Of a stretch of DNA of 32,000 nucleotides, positions 7,781 to 17,457 are shown one piece after another. Under the pieces are notes generated by a model. The model did not search any database, was not told the DNA's origin, and worked only from the letters and a program-made list of their open reading frames with translations. The stretch is from positions 74,877 through 106,876 of the forward strand of contig NZ_CAWUIC010000005.1 of assembly GCF_963922255.1 (NCBI RefSeq), read 5' to 3'. Each line of letters begins with the position of its first letter. Positions within the stretch are counted from its first letter, which is position 1. Source of the DNA: an uncultured Flavobacterium sp. GTDB lineage: Bacteria > Bacteroidota > Bacteroidia > Flavobacteriales > Flavobacteriaceae. The position numbers were made by a program, and so were the translations under genes.

Positions 7781-9361
7781 TTATTTGATACCATGCATCA
7801 TTTTTACTAATTTTTTATTGAATAATAATAGTAATACTGCTGCAGTCATTGGGATTGCTGCAATAATAATAAAAAAAGTAGATAAAGAATACATAGCTGA
7901 AATTTTGTCAATGTAAGCACCTGTATAACCTGCTATGAAATTAGCGATAGCAGAAGCAGTAAACCAAAATCCAAACAATAAACCTACGAATTTTTTAGGT
8001 GATAATTTACTTACATAAGATAAGCCTACTGGTGATAAACATAATTCTCCCATAGTATGGAAAAAATAAGCTAATATTAACCAAAGCATACTAACTGAAG
8101 CTGTTTTAGCTCCTTGAGGAATACTCAAACTTCCGTAAGAAAGTGCAAAAAAACCAACAGTAACCATTATTAACCCAAGAGCAAATTTAACAGGCCCAGA
8201 TGGATTCCATACTTTTTCCCATATTTTACTAAATGATGATGCTAAAGTAATTATGAAGAAAGAATTTAATATCTGAAACCATGAAACGGTCACTTCAGTC
8301 GTTTCTAAAGAATATTCTCTATATACTTTCCATATTCCTAAAGCCCAAATTATTATAAATGATATTGCTGTAAAAATAATAGTTAGTGGATATTTTACAT
8401 AAATTTTTCTAGCTAAACCATATAGAACATAGGTTACAATAGCGATTGGAAAAATAGTTAAAATCGCATCTATCCACTTAAAAAAGACAGCAGAATCTCC
8501 TGTCAAGGCTCTTTGAGTATAATCTTTAGCAAATAAAGTCATCGATCCTCCTGCTTGTTCAAAAGCAAAAAAGAAAAATATACTTGCAACCATTAATACA
8601 GAAACAACAATCAATCTATCTCTTACAATATGAGGAGCCATTATTTCTGTTGCATCTTCTTCTGCAGACAATTCTGCTTTTTTCTCTATATTAACATTTT
8701 GTCCGATTACACCAAATATCTTTTGTGCAAAAAAGAATTGTAACATCCCAAAAAACATAAAAACACCTGCTAAACCAAAACCATAGTGCCACCCAATTTT
8801 TTCACCAATATATCCACACAATAACATTCCTAAAAATGCTCCTGCATTAATTCCCATGTAAAAAATGGTATAACCTGCATCCTTTTTTGAACTAGAGTCT
8901 GGATATAATTGACCAACCATCGACGAAATGTTTGGTTTAAACATACCATTACCTAATATCATAAATAGTAAACCTACATAGAAAAAATTCTGACTAAACC
9001 CTTCAAGTGCCATTGATGCATGACCTAAAGTCATAATTAACGCACCAATCAAAATTGCTTTACGATAGCCTGTAAATTTATCAGCAATCATCCCTCCTAG
9101 TAAAGGGGTTAAGTACACTAATCCAGTATATAAACCGTATAATTTTAGGGCTTCCTCATTAGTCCAAGCCCATCCACCATTAACAAGTTCACTTACTAAA
9201 AACACAGTCAACAAAGCACGCATTCCATAATAAGAAAAACGTTCCCACATTTCAGTAAAAAAAAGCACAAATAACGAAGCTGGATGATTCATAACCATTG
9301 AATCGTCTATACCTCTGTTACTTAAGTGCTTTACTAATAAATCATCTTGTTTCTCAATCAT
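7781..9361 (-). CDS. Proton-dependent oligopeptide transporter (POT/PTR2 family), paralogue
   Basis: 526 aa. FFTEMWERFSYYGMR, GYTIFYMGINAGAF, LSPVGLSYVSKL. Only 16 nt downstream of the DPP-IV stop. Confidence 0.9.
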   Translation of the reverse strand: MIEKQDDLLVKHLSNRGIDDSMVMNHPASLFVLFFTEMWERFSYYGMRALLTVFLVSELVNGGWAWTNEEALKLYGLYTGLVYLTPLLGGMIADKFTGYRKAILIGALIMTLGHASMALEGFSQNFFYVGLLFMILGNGMFKPNISSMVGQLYPDSSSKKDAGYTIFYMGINAGAFLGMLLCGYIGEKIGWHYGFGLAGVFMFFGMLQFFFAQKIFGVIGQNVNIEKKAELSAEEDATEIMAPHIVRDRLIVVSVLMVASIFFFFAFEQAGGSMTLFAKDYTQRALTGDSAVFFKWIDAILTIFPIAIVTYVLYGLARKIYVKYPLTIIFTAISFIIIWALGIWKVYREYSLETTEVTVSWFQILNSFFIITLASSFSKIWEKVWNPSGPVKFALGLIMVTVGFFALSYGSLSIPQGAKTASVSMLWLILAYFFHTMGELCLSPVGLSYVSKLSPKKFVGLLFGFWFTASAIANFIAGYTGAYIDKISAMYSLSTFFIIIAAIPMTAAVLLLLFNKKLVKMMHGIK

Positions 9362-9377
9362 CTTGTATTGGTTTTAA

Positions 9378-11549
9378 TTATAATTTCTCTAAAAGAAAGT
9401 TCGTCATTTTTGTAAACAATTGTAACCTTGTGGCACCACCATAAATTCCGTGGTTTTTATCTGGATAAATTGCCCAATCGAATTGTTTGTTGGCTTGTAC
9501 TAAAGCTTCCACCATTTTCATAGTGTTTTGCACGTGTACATTATCATCAGCTGTTCCGTGAATTAAAAGGTAATTTCCTTTTAATTTTTTCACATGATTT
9601 ATGGGTGAATTATCATCGTAACCACTTGCATTTTCTTGTGGCGTTTGCATGTATCTTTCTGTGTAAATGGAATCATAATATCTCCAACTTGTAACTGGTG
9701 CTACAGCAATCGCTGTTTTAAACACATCATTCCCTTTTAGAATACAGTTACTACTCATGAATCCTCCATAACTCCAACCCCAAATTCCAATTCTTGAAGC
9801 ATCTACATAATCGTATTTTCCAATTACTTTTGCTGCATCAATTTGGTCTTCTACTTCATATTTACCCAATTCTTTATAAGTGACTTTTTTGAAATCTGCT
9901 CCTTTGAAACCTGTTCCTCTTCCATCCACACAAACAATTATATAACCCTTTTGAGCTAACATATAGAACCAATAATCATTATACGAATTCCAAGAATTAT
10001 GAACTTCTTGAGAACCTGGTCCAGAATATTGTGTCATAAAAACTGGATATTTTTTGGAAGCATCAAAATCAGCTGGTTTAATAATGTAAGCATTTAACTC
10101 ATTTCCTTTTGCTGTTTTTAAAGTAAAAAACTCTTTTGGAGTAATTCCATACTTCCTTAACTTTTCTTCAGCAGCTTCGTTTGATAAAATCTTTTTGATT
10201 TCTTTTCCTGAATTTGATTCATTCAAAGTATAAGATGGTGCTTGAGTTGCGCTTGAAAACGAATTAATATAATAATCAAAATTTGGACTAAAAGTTGCAC
10301 TATTTGTTCCCGTTTTTGATGATAATCTTGTTTTAGATTTTCCATCAATTTTTATAGAATAAACATCTCTATTTATAGAACCATTTTCAACAGATTGATA
10401 ATAAATTATTCCTGATTTCTCATTGAAACCATAATAATTTGTCACTTCCCATTTTCCTGAAGTAATTTGTTTTTTTAATTTGCCGTTTTTATCATAATGA
10501 TAAATGTGATTGTATCCATCTTTTTCTGAAGTCCAAATAAAACTGTTGTCTTTTAAGAACGTTAAGTTATCTGTAACATCAATGTAAGCTTTATCTTTTT
10601 CATTTAAAACGATTGTAGTTTTTCCTGAATTTGAATCTACAAAATGTAAATCCAAATTATTTTGATGACGGTTCATGACTTGAACACTTAGAATATTTGA
10701 ATCATTTGTCCATTTAATTCTTGGAATGTAAAAATCTTTATAATCCCCTAAATTAATTTTTTGTGACTTTCCTGTTTTTAAATCATAAGTATGTAACGAA
10801 ACAACAGCGTTTTTCTCACCAGCTTTTGGATATTTAAAAACTTCTTGTGTTGGATATAATCCTTGGTTGTACATATCCATAGAAAATTCTGGTACTTCTG
10901 ATTCATCAAAACGAATGTAAGCGATTTTTGTTCCGTTAGCATTCCAATCATATGCTTTTACAAAAGCAAATTCTTCTTCGTAAACCCAGTCTGTAATACC
11001 GTTGATGATGCTATTTTTCTTTCCGTCATTTGTAATTTGCAAATGTGAACCCGAAATTGCATCATAAACGTATAAATCGTTTTCAAAAGCGTAAGCTATT
11101 TTAGTTCCATCGGATGAAAATGTTGGTTCTTGGATTTTCTTATCTGTAAATTTTGATAGTTTTTTTGATGAAATATCGTACACAAAATAATCCGCTGTGA
11201 ATGAATGTCTAAAAATTGGAGCCGAATTTGATGCAATTAAGATCTTTTTTTCGTCTTTATCAAACGTATAACTGTCAATTGAAGTTAATTCTGGAAAATC
11301 TTTAGTATCTATCAAAGTTGAAACTTTTTCTAAAGTTGCAAAATCATATAAGTCGATTTTTGTACTTCTTGAAGTTCTGTTAAAATCTAATACTGTGTAT
11401 TGATTTGTGTTCTTCATGGCTTGGAGTTCATCCATTCTTTCTGTTCTGAAAGCTCCTGACCAAATCTCTTCTAAAGTGATTTTTTGCTGAGCAACAATTG
11501 ATAATGAAGTAAATAGGAATAAAATTCCTAATATAATTTTTCTTGTCAT
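9378..11549 (-). CDS. Dipeptidyl-peptidase IV (S9B prolyl dipeptidyl aminopeptidase), secreted
   Basis: 723 aa. Signal peptide ending VAQQ, a long beta-propeller-type N-terminal region, the nucleophile elbow GWSYGG, the acid GTADDNVH and DKNHGI (His). Confidence 0.9.
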   Translation of the reverse strand: MTRKIILGILFLFTSLSIVAQQKITLEEIWSGAFRTERMDELQAMKNTNQYTVLDFNRTSRSTKIDLYDFATLEKVSTLIDTKDFPELTSIDSYTFDKDEKKILIASNSAPIFRHSFTADYFVYDISSKKLSKFTDKKIQEPTFSSDGTKIAYAFENDLYVYDAISGSHLQITNDGKKNSIINGITDWVYEEEFAFVKAYDWNANGTKIAYIRFDESEVPEFSMDMYNQGLYPTQEVFKYPKAGEKNAVVSLHTYDLKTGKSQKINLGDYKDFYIPRIKWTNDSNILSVQVMNRHQNNLDLHFVDSNSGKTTIVLNEKDKAYIDVTDNLTFLKDNSFIWTSEKDGYNHIYHYDKNGKLKKQITSGKWEVTNYYGFNEKSGIIYYQSVENGSINRDVYSIKIDGKSKTRLSSKTGTNSATFSPNFDYYINSFSSATQAPSYTLNESNSGKEIKKILSNEAAEEKLRKYGITPKEFFTLKTAKGNELNAYIIKPADFDASKKYPVFMTQYSGPGSQEVHNSWNSYNDYWFYMLAQKGYIIVCVDGRGTGFKGADFKKVTYKELGKYEVEDQIDAAKVIGKYDYVDASRIGIWGWSYGGFMSSNCILKGNDVFKTAIAVAPVTSWRYYDSIYTERYMQTPQENASGYDDNSPINHVKKLKGNYLLIHGTADDNVHVQNTMKMVEALVQANKQFDWAIYPDKNHGIYGGATRLQLFTKMTNFLLEKL

Positions 11550-11658
11550 AATGATGTAAGGTAAAAAACTCCCAATTTTACTAAAAATATATGAGAAAAC
11601 CTTGCTTTTTATGATATATTCACTAAAAAAAGGTTGTTAAAATCTGTTTTATCTTACT

Positions 11659-11666
11659 TATCTTTG
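11659..11666 (+). promoter_or_regulatory. -7 box TAtcTTTG for the HMG-CoA reductase operon
   Basis: Exact TAnnTTTG, 16 nt upstream of the ATG at 11683, followed by an A9 tract. No clean TTTG -33 element at N19. Confidence 0.55.
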
Positions 11667-11682
11667 TAAAAAAAAATAATCG

Positions 11683-12996
11683 ATGCTTCAAAATAAAGGT
11701 TTCTCTAAACTTACCAAAGAAGAAAAAATACAATGGATTACTTCGACTTACTTTTCAAATCCTGAAGAAGCCGAAAAATTAGTAAAACAATATTGGAATT
11801 CGGACAGTCAATTGCAAAAACTACATGACGAATTTATAGAAAACACGTTAACCAATTTTTATTTACCTCTTGGAGTTGCTCCTAATTTTGTAATAAATGA
11901 TAAACAATACACAGTTCCAATGGCAATTGAAGAAAGTTCGGTTGTGGCTGCTGCAAGTAAATCGGCTAAATTTTGGGCTTCTCGTGGTGGTTTTAAAGCT
12001 ACGGTTTTAGGAACAGAAAAAATTGGACACGTACACTTTTCATATTCAGGTTCATTTAAAAAATTAGAAGATTTTTTTAACGATATCAAACCAGCTTTTT
12101 ATAAAGACACAGAATCTATCACCAAAAACATGGAAAAACGTGGTGGTGGAATCTTAGATATTAAATTAGTTAACAAAACTGATAAATTAGTAAAATACTA
12201 TCAATTACATGCTACTTTTAACACGAAGGATAGTATGGGTGCGAATTTTATCAATTCCTGTTTAGAGCAATTTGCTAAAACATTGGAAAGGGAAGTAAAT
12301 TCTTATGAAGGGTTTTCTGAAAGTGAGAAACAAGTTCAAATTATCATGTGTATTTTGAGCAATTTTGTTCCGAATTGTGTGGTTAGAGCTGAAGTTTCTT
12401 GCAAAGTAGAAGAGTTGAATGAAAATGACGGAATCAATCCTAATGAATTTGCAGAAAAATTTGTAAAAGCAGTTCAGATTGCAGAAATCGAACCTTATAG
12501 AGCTGTGACCCACAACAAAGGAATAATGAATGGTGTTGACGCTGTTGTATTAGCTACAGGAAATGATTTTAGAGCTATTGAAGCAGGAGCACATGCTTAT
12601 GCCAGTAGAAACGGAAGTTATTCGAGTTTATCACATGCTTCTATTGAAAATGGAATTTTTAAATTTTGGTTGGAAATTCCGTTAGCCTTGGGAACTGTTG
12701 GTGGTTTGACAAGCTTGCATCCTTTAGTGAAATTTTCATTAGAAATGTTGGGAAAACCTTCTGCTGAAGATTTAATGAAAATTGTTGCAGTTACAGGTTT
12801 AGCTCAAAATTTTGCAGCTTTACGTTCGTTAACAACAACCGGAATTCAAAAAGGACATATGAAAATGCACATTCATAACATTTTGAATCAATTTCAAGCA
12901 ACTAAAGAAGAAAAGGAAAAAGTCATTACTTATTTTAATGACACTACAGTATCTCATAGTTTGGTTGTGGATTATTTGGAGAAGATTAGAAAATAA
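11683..12996 (+). CDS. mvaA: Class II hydroxymethylglutaryl-CoA reductase
   Basis: 437 aa. PMAIEESSVVAAASK, TKDSMGANFIN, ALGTVGG and the C-terminal KGHMKMH catalytic-His region. Confidence 0.9.
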   Translation: MLQNKGFSKLTKEEKIQWITSTYFSNPEEAEKLVKQYWNSDSQLQKLHDEFIENTLTNFYLPLGVAPNFVINDKQYTVPMAIEESSVVAAASKSAKFWASRGGFKATVLGTEKIGHVHFSYSGSFKKLEDFFNDIKPAFYKDTESITKNMEKRGGGILDIKLVNKTDKLVKYYQLHATFNTKDSMGANFINSCLEQFAKTLEREVNSYEGFSESEKQVQIIMCILSNFVPNCVVRAEVSCKVEELNENDGINPNEFAEKFVKAVQIAEIEPYRAVTHNKGIMNGVDAVVLATGNDFRAIEAGAHAYASRNGSYSSLSHASIENGIFKFWLEIPLALGTVGGLTSLHPLVKFSLEMLGKPSAEDLMKIVAVTGLAQNFAALRSLTTTGIQKGHMKMHIHNILNQFQATKEEKEKVITYFNDTTVSHSLVVDYLEKIRK

Positions 12997-12999
12997 GAC

Positions 13000-13914
13000 A
13001 TGAAAAAAGAAACCTATTATAGCAACGGAAAATTATTACTAACAGGTGAATATTTGGTTTTAAATGGTACAAGATCTTTAGCCGTACCCACTAAATTTGG
13101 TCAAGATTTAGAAATTACACCAGCTTTAGGAAAGAAAATAATTTGGAAAAGTTATGATGCTGATGGAAGCATTTGGTTTGAAGCTGAAATTCTTTTTGAT
13201 GCCATAATTGAGAAAACAACTTTCACTGAAGATAAGGTAAAAAACACTTTAGTTGAAATTTTACATCATGCTTATTTATTAAATCCTGAATTTATTGAAA
13301 ATGCCGAAGGTTATTCGATTGATACTATATTAACTTTTCCTAGATTTTGGGGTTTAGGAACTTCTTCAACATTAATTAACAATTTAGGGCAATGGTTGAA
13401 TATTAATGCATTTGAGTTACTGAAAAATAGTTTTGGTGGAAGTGGTTATGATATTGCATGTGCTCAAACAAATCAATCAATTATTTATCATTTAGAGGAC
13501 GAAAAACCAGTTTTTGAAACGGTTGATTTTAATCCAGAATTTAAAGAGCATATTTATTTTGTGTATTTAAATAAGAAACAAAGTAGCAAATCTGCCATCA
13601 ATAATTATCTGAATAAACAATTTTCTTTAGATAAAGTAAAAAGTAAAATTGATAAAATCACTGAATTTGTATCTGAAACAAATGATATTAATGATTTTAT
13701 GGCTGCTTTAGACAAACATGAAATATTATTAAGTGATGTTTTAGAACAACTAACCGTTAAAGAATCTTTGTTCCCAGATTTTAAGGGAACTGTAAAAAGT
13801 CTTGGTGCTTGGGGTGGAGATTTTGTTATGGTTGTTTCAAAAGAAAACCCGTTATTTTATTTTTCAAGTAAAGGCTATGAGACGATTTTGAAATATGAAG
13901 AAATGATTTTGTAA
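13000..13914 (+). CDS. GYDIA-motif GHMP-superfamily kinase (substrate unassigned; candidate mevalonate-pathway kinase)
   Basis: 304 aa. N-terminal GKLLLTGEYLVL, GHMP phosphate-binding type motif FWGLGTSSTLIN and GGSGYDIACAQ. 3-nt gap after the HMGR stop. Confidence 0.75.
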   Translation: MKKETYYSNGKLLLTGEYLVLNGTRSLAVPTKFGQDLEITPALGKKIIWKSYDADGSIWFEAEILFDAIIEKTTFTEDKVKNTLVEILHHAYLLNPEFIENAEGYSIDTILTFPRFWGLGTSSTLINNLGQWLNINAFELLKNSFGGSGYDIACAQTNQSIIYHLEDEKPVFETVDFNPEFKEHIYFVYLNKKQSSKSAINNYLNKQFSLDKVKSKIDKITEFVSETNDINDFMAALDKHEILLSDVLEQLTVKESLFPDFKGTVKSLGAWGGDFVMVVSKENPLFYFSSKGYETILKYEEMIL

Positions 13915-13934
13915 ATTATACCTTTCTTAAAAAT

Positions 13935-13965
13935 AAAATCCCGAACATTTGCTCGGGATTTTTAA
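13935..13965. terminator. Bidirectional intrinsic terminator between convergent genes
   Basis: aaaatcccga (13935-13944) and tcgggatttt (13953-13962) form a perfect 10-bp stem with an 8-nt loop. It is flanked by an A-run on the left and a T-run on the right. Confidence 0.8.
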
Positions 13966-13986
13966 TTTGTAATTATAAAACTTAAA

Positions 13987-16086
13987 CTACTGAATTCTTA
14001 AATCTTCAATTTCAGATTTAGCTTTTAAAGCCTCTATAACTTTATTTGATGCAGAACCTTGAGCTTGCGATTTTGCTTGATTTACATAAGAAGTATAGTT
14101 TGGTATTGCATTAGCTTTAGTTATTGCCTTTGTTTTTATCATATAAACACCATATGCACCATCAATTAAACTTGAAGTCGTTCCTGCTTTTTGAGCAAAT
14201 GCTTTTCCAACAACTTTAGGTTCTGGTCCAATATTTGGAACCAAAGCACTTTTGAATACTACACCTGTAGCTGGAAGTATAGATGCACTTGAAGATTTTG
14301 AAACTTCTTCTAATGTTTTACCTGTCATTTTCTTTCTTAAGATAACAGCCTTCTTTTCATTCTTTAAAATTGGTTCAACTTGTATTCTTGCATTCTCTAC
14401 TGTAGTTAAACCTGTATCATTGATAGATTTTAATCTTGCCACTACAAATCCTGTTGGCACATCAAAACGTTTTACATCTCCTATTTCTGTATCATTTTCA
14501 AATGCCCAAAGAACAATTCCTCTTTGCGGACCAACTATTGATACGTTTTCATCAGATGTTTTGATATTTGGCACTTGAGTTACTTCTAATCCCATATCTT
14601 TTGCTACCTGAGCAAAGTCTTTAGAATTTGCGTCTGCTTCAAATTTAGACGCTTTAGTATAGTTTTGATCCGTAGTTGTTTCCGATGGCTCTATTTTTTG
14701 AGCAACTGTAGCTAATAAAACTGAATTATATTTATCAGACACCTTGATTACGTGGAAACCAAAATCAGTTTCAACAACACCAATACTTCCAATTGGACTA
14801 TTAAACACAAAATCATTAAACGGTTTTACCATTTGGTTTGGTGCAATATCATCATATTCTCCACCTGTTTGTTTTGAACCTGGATCATCAGTATTAGCTG
14901 TTGCTAAAGCAGCGAAACCAGACGGATTAGCTTTTGCTTGTGCTAATAATTCGTTAGCTTTTGCTTTTGCTTCTTCTTTAGTTCTAGTTATAGCTGGATC
15001 AGCTCTTTCTGCTCCTGCATAAGAAATTAGAATATGGCTCGCTTTTGCAGCCGAACCTGATTTACTTCCAATTTTTCTTGATAATTTTTGATATCCATTA
15101 TCGGTATATGGTCCGAAAACTTCTCCAACTGGTAAATTAAATAATTGCTCTTGATATTCTAAAGGTAAATCTTTCTTAGCAACATAAGTAGAATCAAATT
15201 TGATGTCTGAATTTTTATTAACAAAATCAGCAACATCAGTAGCATTTTTAAAACTTGGCAATGTATCGTTTGAATTCGTTTCTTTATTATATTCCACTTT
15301 ACCATTCAACAAACCTTGAATAGAGTTTTTCATCGCATCTTCGTCAGCTTTAGAAGGCTTATTTTCAATGAAAACCAATTCTAAATCGGCCATTTTATCT
15401 GACTTAAATTTTTTCTCATTCTTTTTAATGTAAGCCATTATTTCATCATCTGATACTTTTGCTTCATCATCATTTACTGTTGAATATCCTAATGTTACAA
15501 AATCAAAATCTACTTTGTCATTTTCTTCTTCATACAGAGCTTGACCTTCTGCTTGAGTTGTTTGTAAACCTGATTTTATTAATGTATAATACATTTGTTC
15601 AGTAAACATTCTTTCTACATCAGCTTCAAAAGCTTCCCATTGCGCTCTTTGTTCTGGACCTTGCTTTAAAAAATTAGCACTAACGTATTCTTTGAATTTT
15701 GCCGCGTCAAATTTACCTGCTTCATTTTGAAATTGTGGATTTGATGCAAAATTAGGATTTTCTTTCATTACGTTGATTAATTGGTCTGGACCAACTCGTA
15801 ACCCTAATTCTTCAAATTGTTCAGCTAAGATAATTCTCTTAACTTCTTGATCCCAAACTCCATTTGAAGCTTGCACATTGCTCATCCCTTGCTGTTCTGC
15901 TTGACCGACTTTTTGCTGGAACTCTTGTCCCATAATGTTTTCGCCATTTACAGTACCTGCATATTTTGAACTACTACCAAAAGATCCACTTTTAATTACA
16001 TCGGCTAACACAAATGAGAATAAGGCTAATGCGATGATAACTATTAAGAAAAATGAACGTTGTCTAATTTTTGATAAAATTGCCAT
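13987..16086 (-). CDS. ppiD: PpiD-like periplasmic peptidyl-prolyl isomerase/chaperone (SurA-N plus parvulin domains)
   Basis: 699 aa. N-terminal membrane anchor (FFLIVIIALALFSFVLA) and a parvulin segment ASHILISY...FNSPIGSIGVVETDFGFHVIKV. Confidence 0.85.
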   Translation of the reverse strand: MAILSKIRQRSFFLIVIIALALFSFVLADVIKSGSFGSSSKYAGTVNGENIMGQEFQQKVGQAEQQGMSNVQASNGVWDQEVKRIILAEQFEELGLRVGPDQLINVMKENPNFASNPQFQNEAGKFDAAKFKEYVSANFLKQGPEQRAQWEAFEADVERMFTEQMYYTLIKSGLQTTQAEGQALYEEENDKVDFDFVTLGYSTVNDDEAKVSDDEIMAYIKKNEKKFKSDKMADLELVFIENKPSKADEDAMKNSIQGLLNGKVEYNKETNSNDTLPSFKNATDVADFVNKNSDIKFDSTYVAKKDLPLEYQEQLFNLPVGEVFGPYTDNGYQKLSRKIGSKSGSAAKASHILISYAGAERADPAITRTKEEAKAKANELLAQAKANPSGFAALATANTDDPGSKQTGGEYDDIAPNQMVKPFNDFVFNSPIGSIGVVETDFGFHVIKVSDKYNSVLLATVAQKIEPSETTTDQNYTKASKFEADANSKDFAQVAKDMGLEVTQVPNIKTSDENVSIVGPQRGIVLWAFENDTEIGDVKRFDVPTGFVVARLKSINDTGLTTVENARIQVEPILKNEKKAVILRKKMTGKTLEEVSKSSSASILPATGVVFKSALVPNIGPEPKVVGKAFAQKAGTTSSLIDGAYGVYMIKTKAITKANAIPNYTSYVNQAKSQAQGSASNKVIEALKAKSEIEDLRIQ

Positions 16087-16163
16087 TTTTTAATTTGTTT
16101 ATTTTTTACAGAGGGCGAAAATACAATTATCTATGAAATAATAAAAATACTAAAGCGATATTT

Positions 16164-17435
16164 TTATCTTTTTTCTTCAGATAATGAAAGTTTTACAAGT
16201 TCAATTTTTTTATTACTTGCAGAATGTATTGTTATTTCGAAATTTTCTATGTGAATTTTTTCTCCATTTTGAGGAAAATCTTTGGTATAATCAACTATAA
16301 AACCACCTAAAGTCGAATAAGAATCACTCTCAGGTATTTCTAAATTATATTTCTGATTGATATATTCTACATCCAATCTTGCCGAGAACAAATAAACTCC
16401 TTCTTCTATTTCTTCATCAATTTTTTCCTCACCCAAGTCGTGTTCGTCTTCAATTTCTCCAAAAAGTTCTTCTATAATATCTTCAACCGTAATTAAACCT
16501 GAAGTTCCTCCATATTCATCAAGAATAACGGCCATACTTTTTCGCTTTTTGGTCAAAATATCTAGTAAATCTTTGATGAAAATTGTTTCAGGAACATATT
16601 CAATAGTCATCATTATAGATTTTATGTTTTTTGGTTTTTTAAACAACTCAAACGAATGCACATACCCTAAAACATCATCTACAGAGTTTTGATATACTAC
16701 AATTTTAGAATATCCTGTATTGACAAATAATTCTCTTAGTTCTGAAACACTATCTGTAATATCTACACCTGCAATTTCTGTTCTAGGTGTCATAATATCC
16801 CGAGCTTTAAGCTCAGAAAATTCAAGTGCATTTTGAAATATCTGAATTTCAGAATCCACTTCTTCATTGTCTGCAACTGAACTCATTTGTTCGTTGATAT
16901 AATTTCCCAATTCGACTTTACTAAAATAATCCTGTACTTGATCCCCTTCTGTTTTAAAGAATTTTTTTAAAATAAAATCAGAAATCCAAATAATAAAATT
17001 GGAAACCCAATAAAACAACAGATAAAAAAAATAAGCAGGAACAGCTAAAAGTTTAATTAACTTGTTAGAGTAAATTTGAAAAAAAACTTTGGGTAAAAAT
17101 TCTGCTGTAAACAATATTAAAATAGTTGACAACACTGTTTGAGAAAGCAAACTAACAAACTCATCTTTAAAAAAGGGAGCTATTGTTTCCAACCTTCTTG
17201 TGATTAATTCTCCTGTTACAAATCCATAAATAACCAACGCAACATTGTTTCCCACAAGCATTGCTGTTATAAATTGAGAAGGTTTTTCGGTAAGTTTATT
17301 TAAAATGTTTGCATTGAAATTATTTTGTCTTTTTTCAATAGACAAAAAGACCTTGTTAGATGAAAAATAGGCAATTTCCATCCCTGAGAAAAAAGCAGAA
17401 AGCAATAAACAAATAACTATAATTGTTATTTCCAT
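16164..17435 (-). CDS. CNNM/CorC/TlyC-type membrane protein (DUF21, CBS pair, CorC_HlyC)
   Basis: 423 aa. Four N-terminal TM helices, a CBS region (ARDIMTPRTEI...VVYQNSVDDVLGYVH...MAVILDEYGGTSGLITVEDIIEELFGEI) and a C-terminal transporter-associated domain. Confidence 0.85.
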   Translation of the reverse strand: MEITIIVICLLLSAFFSGMEIAYFSSNKVFLSIEKRQNNFNANILNKLTEKPSQFITAMLVGNNVALVIYGFVTGELITRRLETIAPFFKDEFVSLLSQTVLSTILILFTAEFLPKVFFQIYSNKLIKLLAVPAYFFYLLFYWVSNFIIWISDFILKKFFKTEGDQVQDYFSKVELGNYINEQMSSVADNEEVDSEIQIFQNALEFSELKARDIMTPRTEIAGVDITDSVSELRELFVNTGYSKIVVYQNSVDDVLGYVHSFELFKKPKNIKSIMMTIEYVPETIFIKDLLDILTKKRKSMAVILDEYGGTSGLITVEDIIEELFGEIEDEHDLGEEKIDEEIEEGVYLFSARLDVEYINQKYNLEIPESDSYSTLGGFIVDYTKDFPQNGEKIHIENFEITIHSASNKKIELVKLSLSEEKR

Positions 17436-17457
17436 ACAATTGGATTAATTTATGTAT

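Noticed and set aside
11859-12513. Minus-strand ORFs 11859..12089 and 12262..12513 inside HMG-CoA reductase
   Set aside because: They are antisense to strongly conserved catalytic segments (EESSVVAA, DSMGANF) and are shadow frames.
14252-15022. Plus-strand ORFs 14252..14578 and 14744..15022 inside the ppiD-like gene
   Set aside because: They are antisense shadow ORFs. Their Ser/Thr/Ala/Phe-rich composition mirrors the Lys/Glu/Ala-rich sense frame, and they have no start context or promoter.
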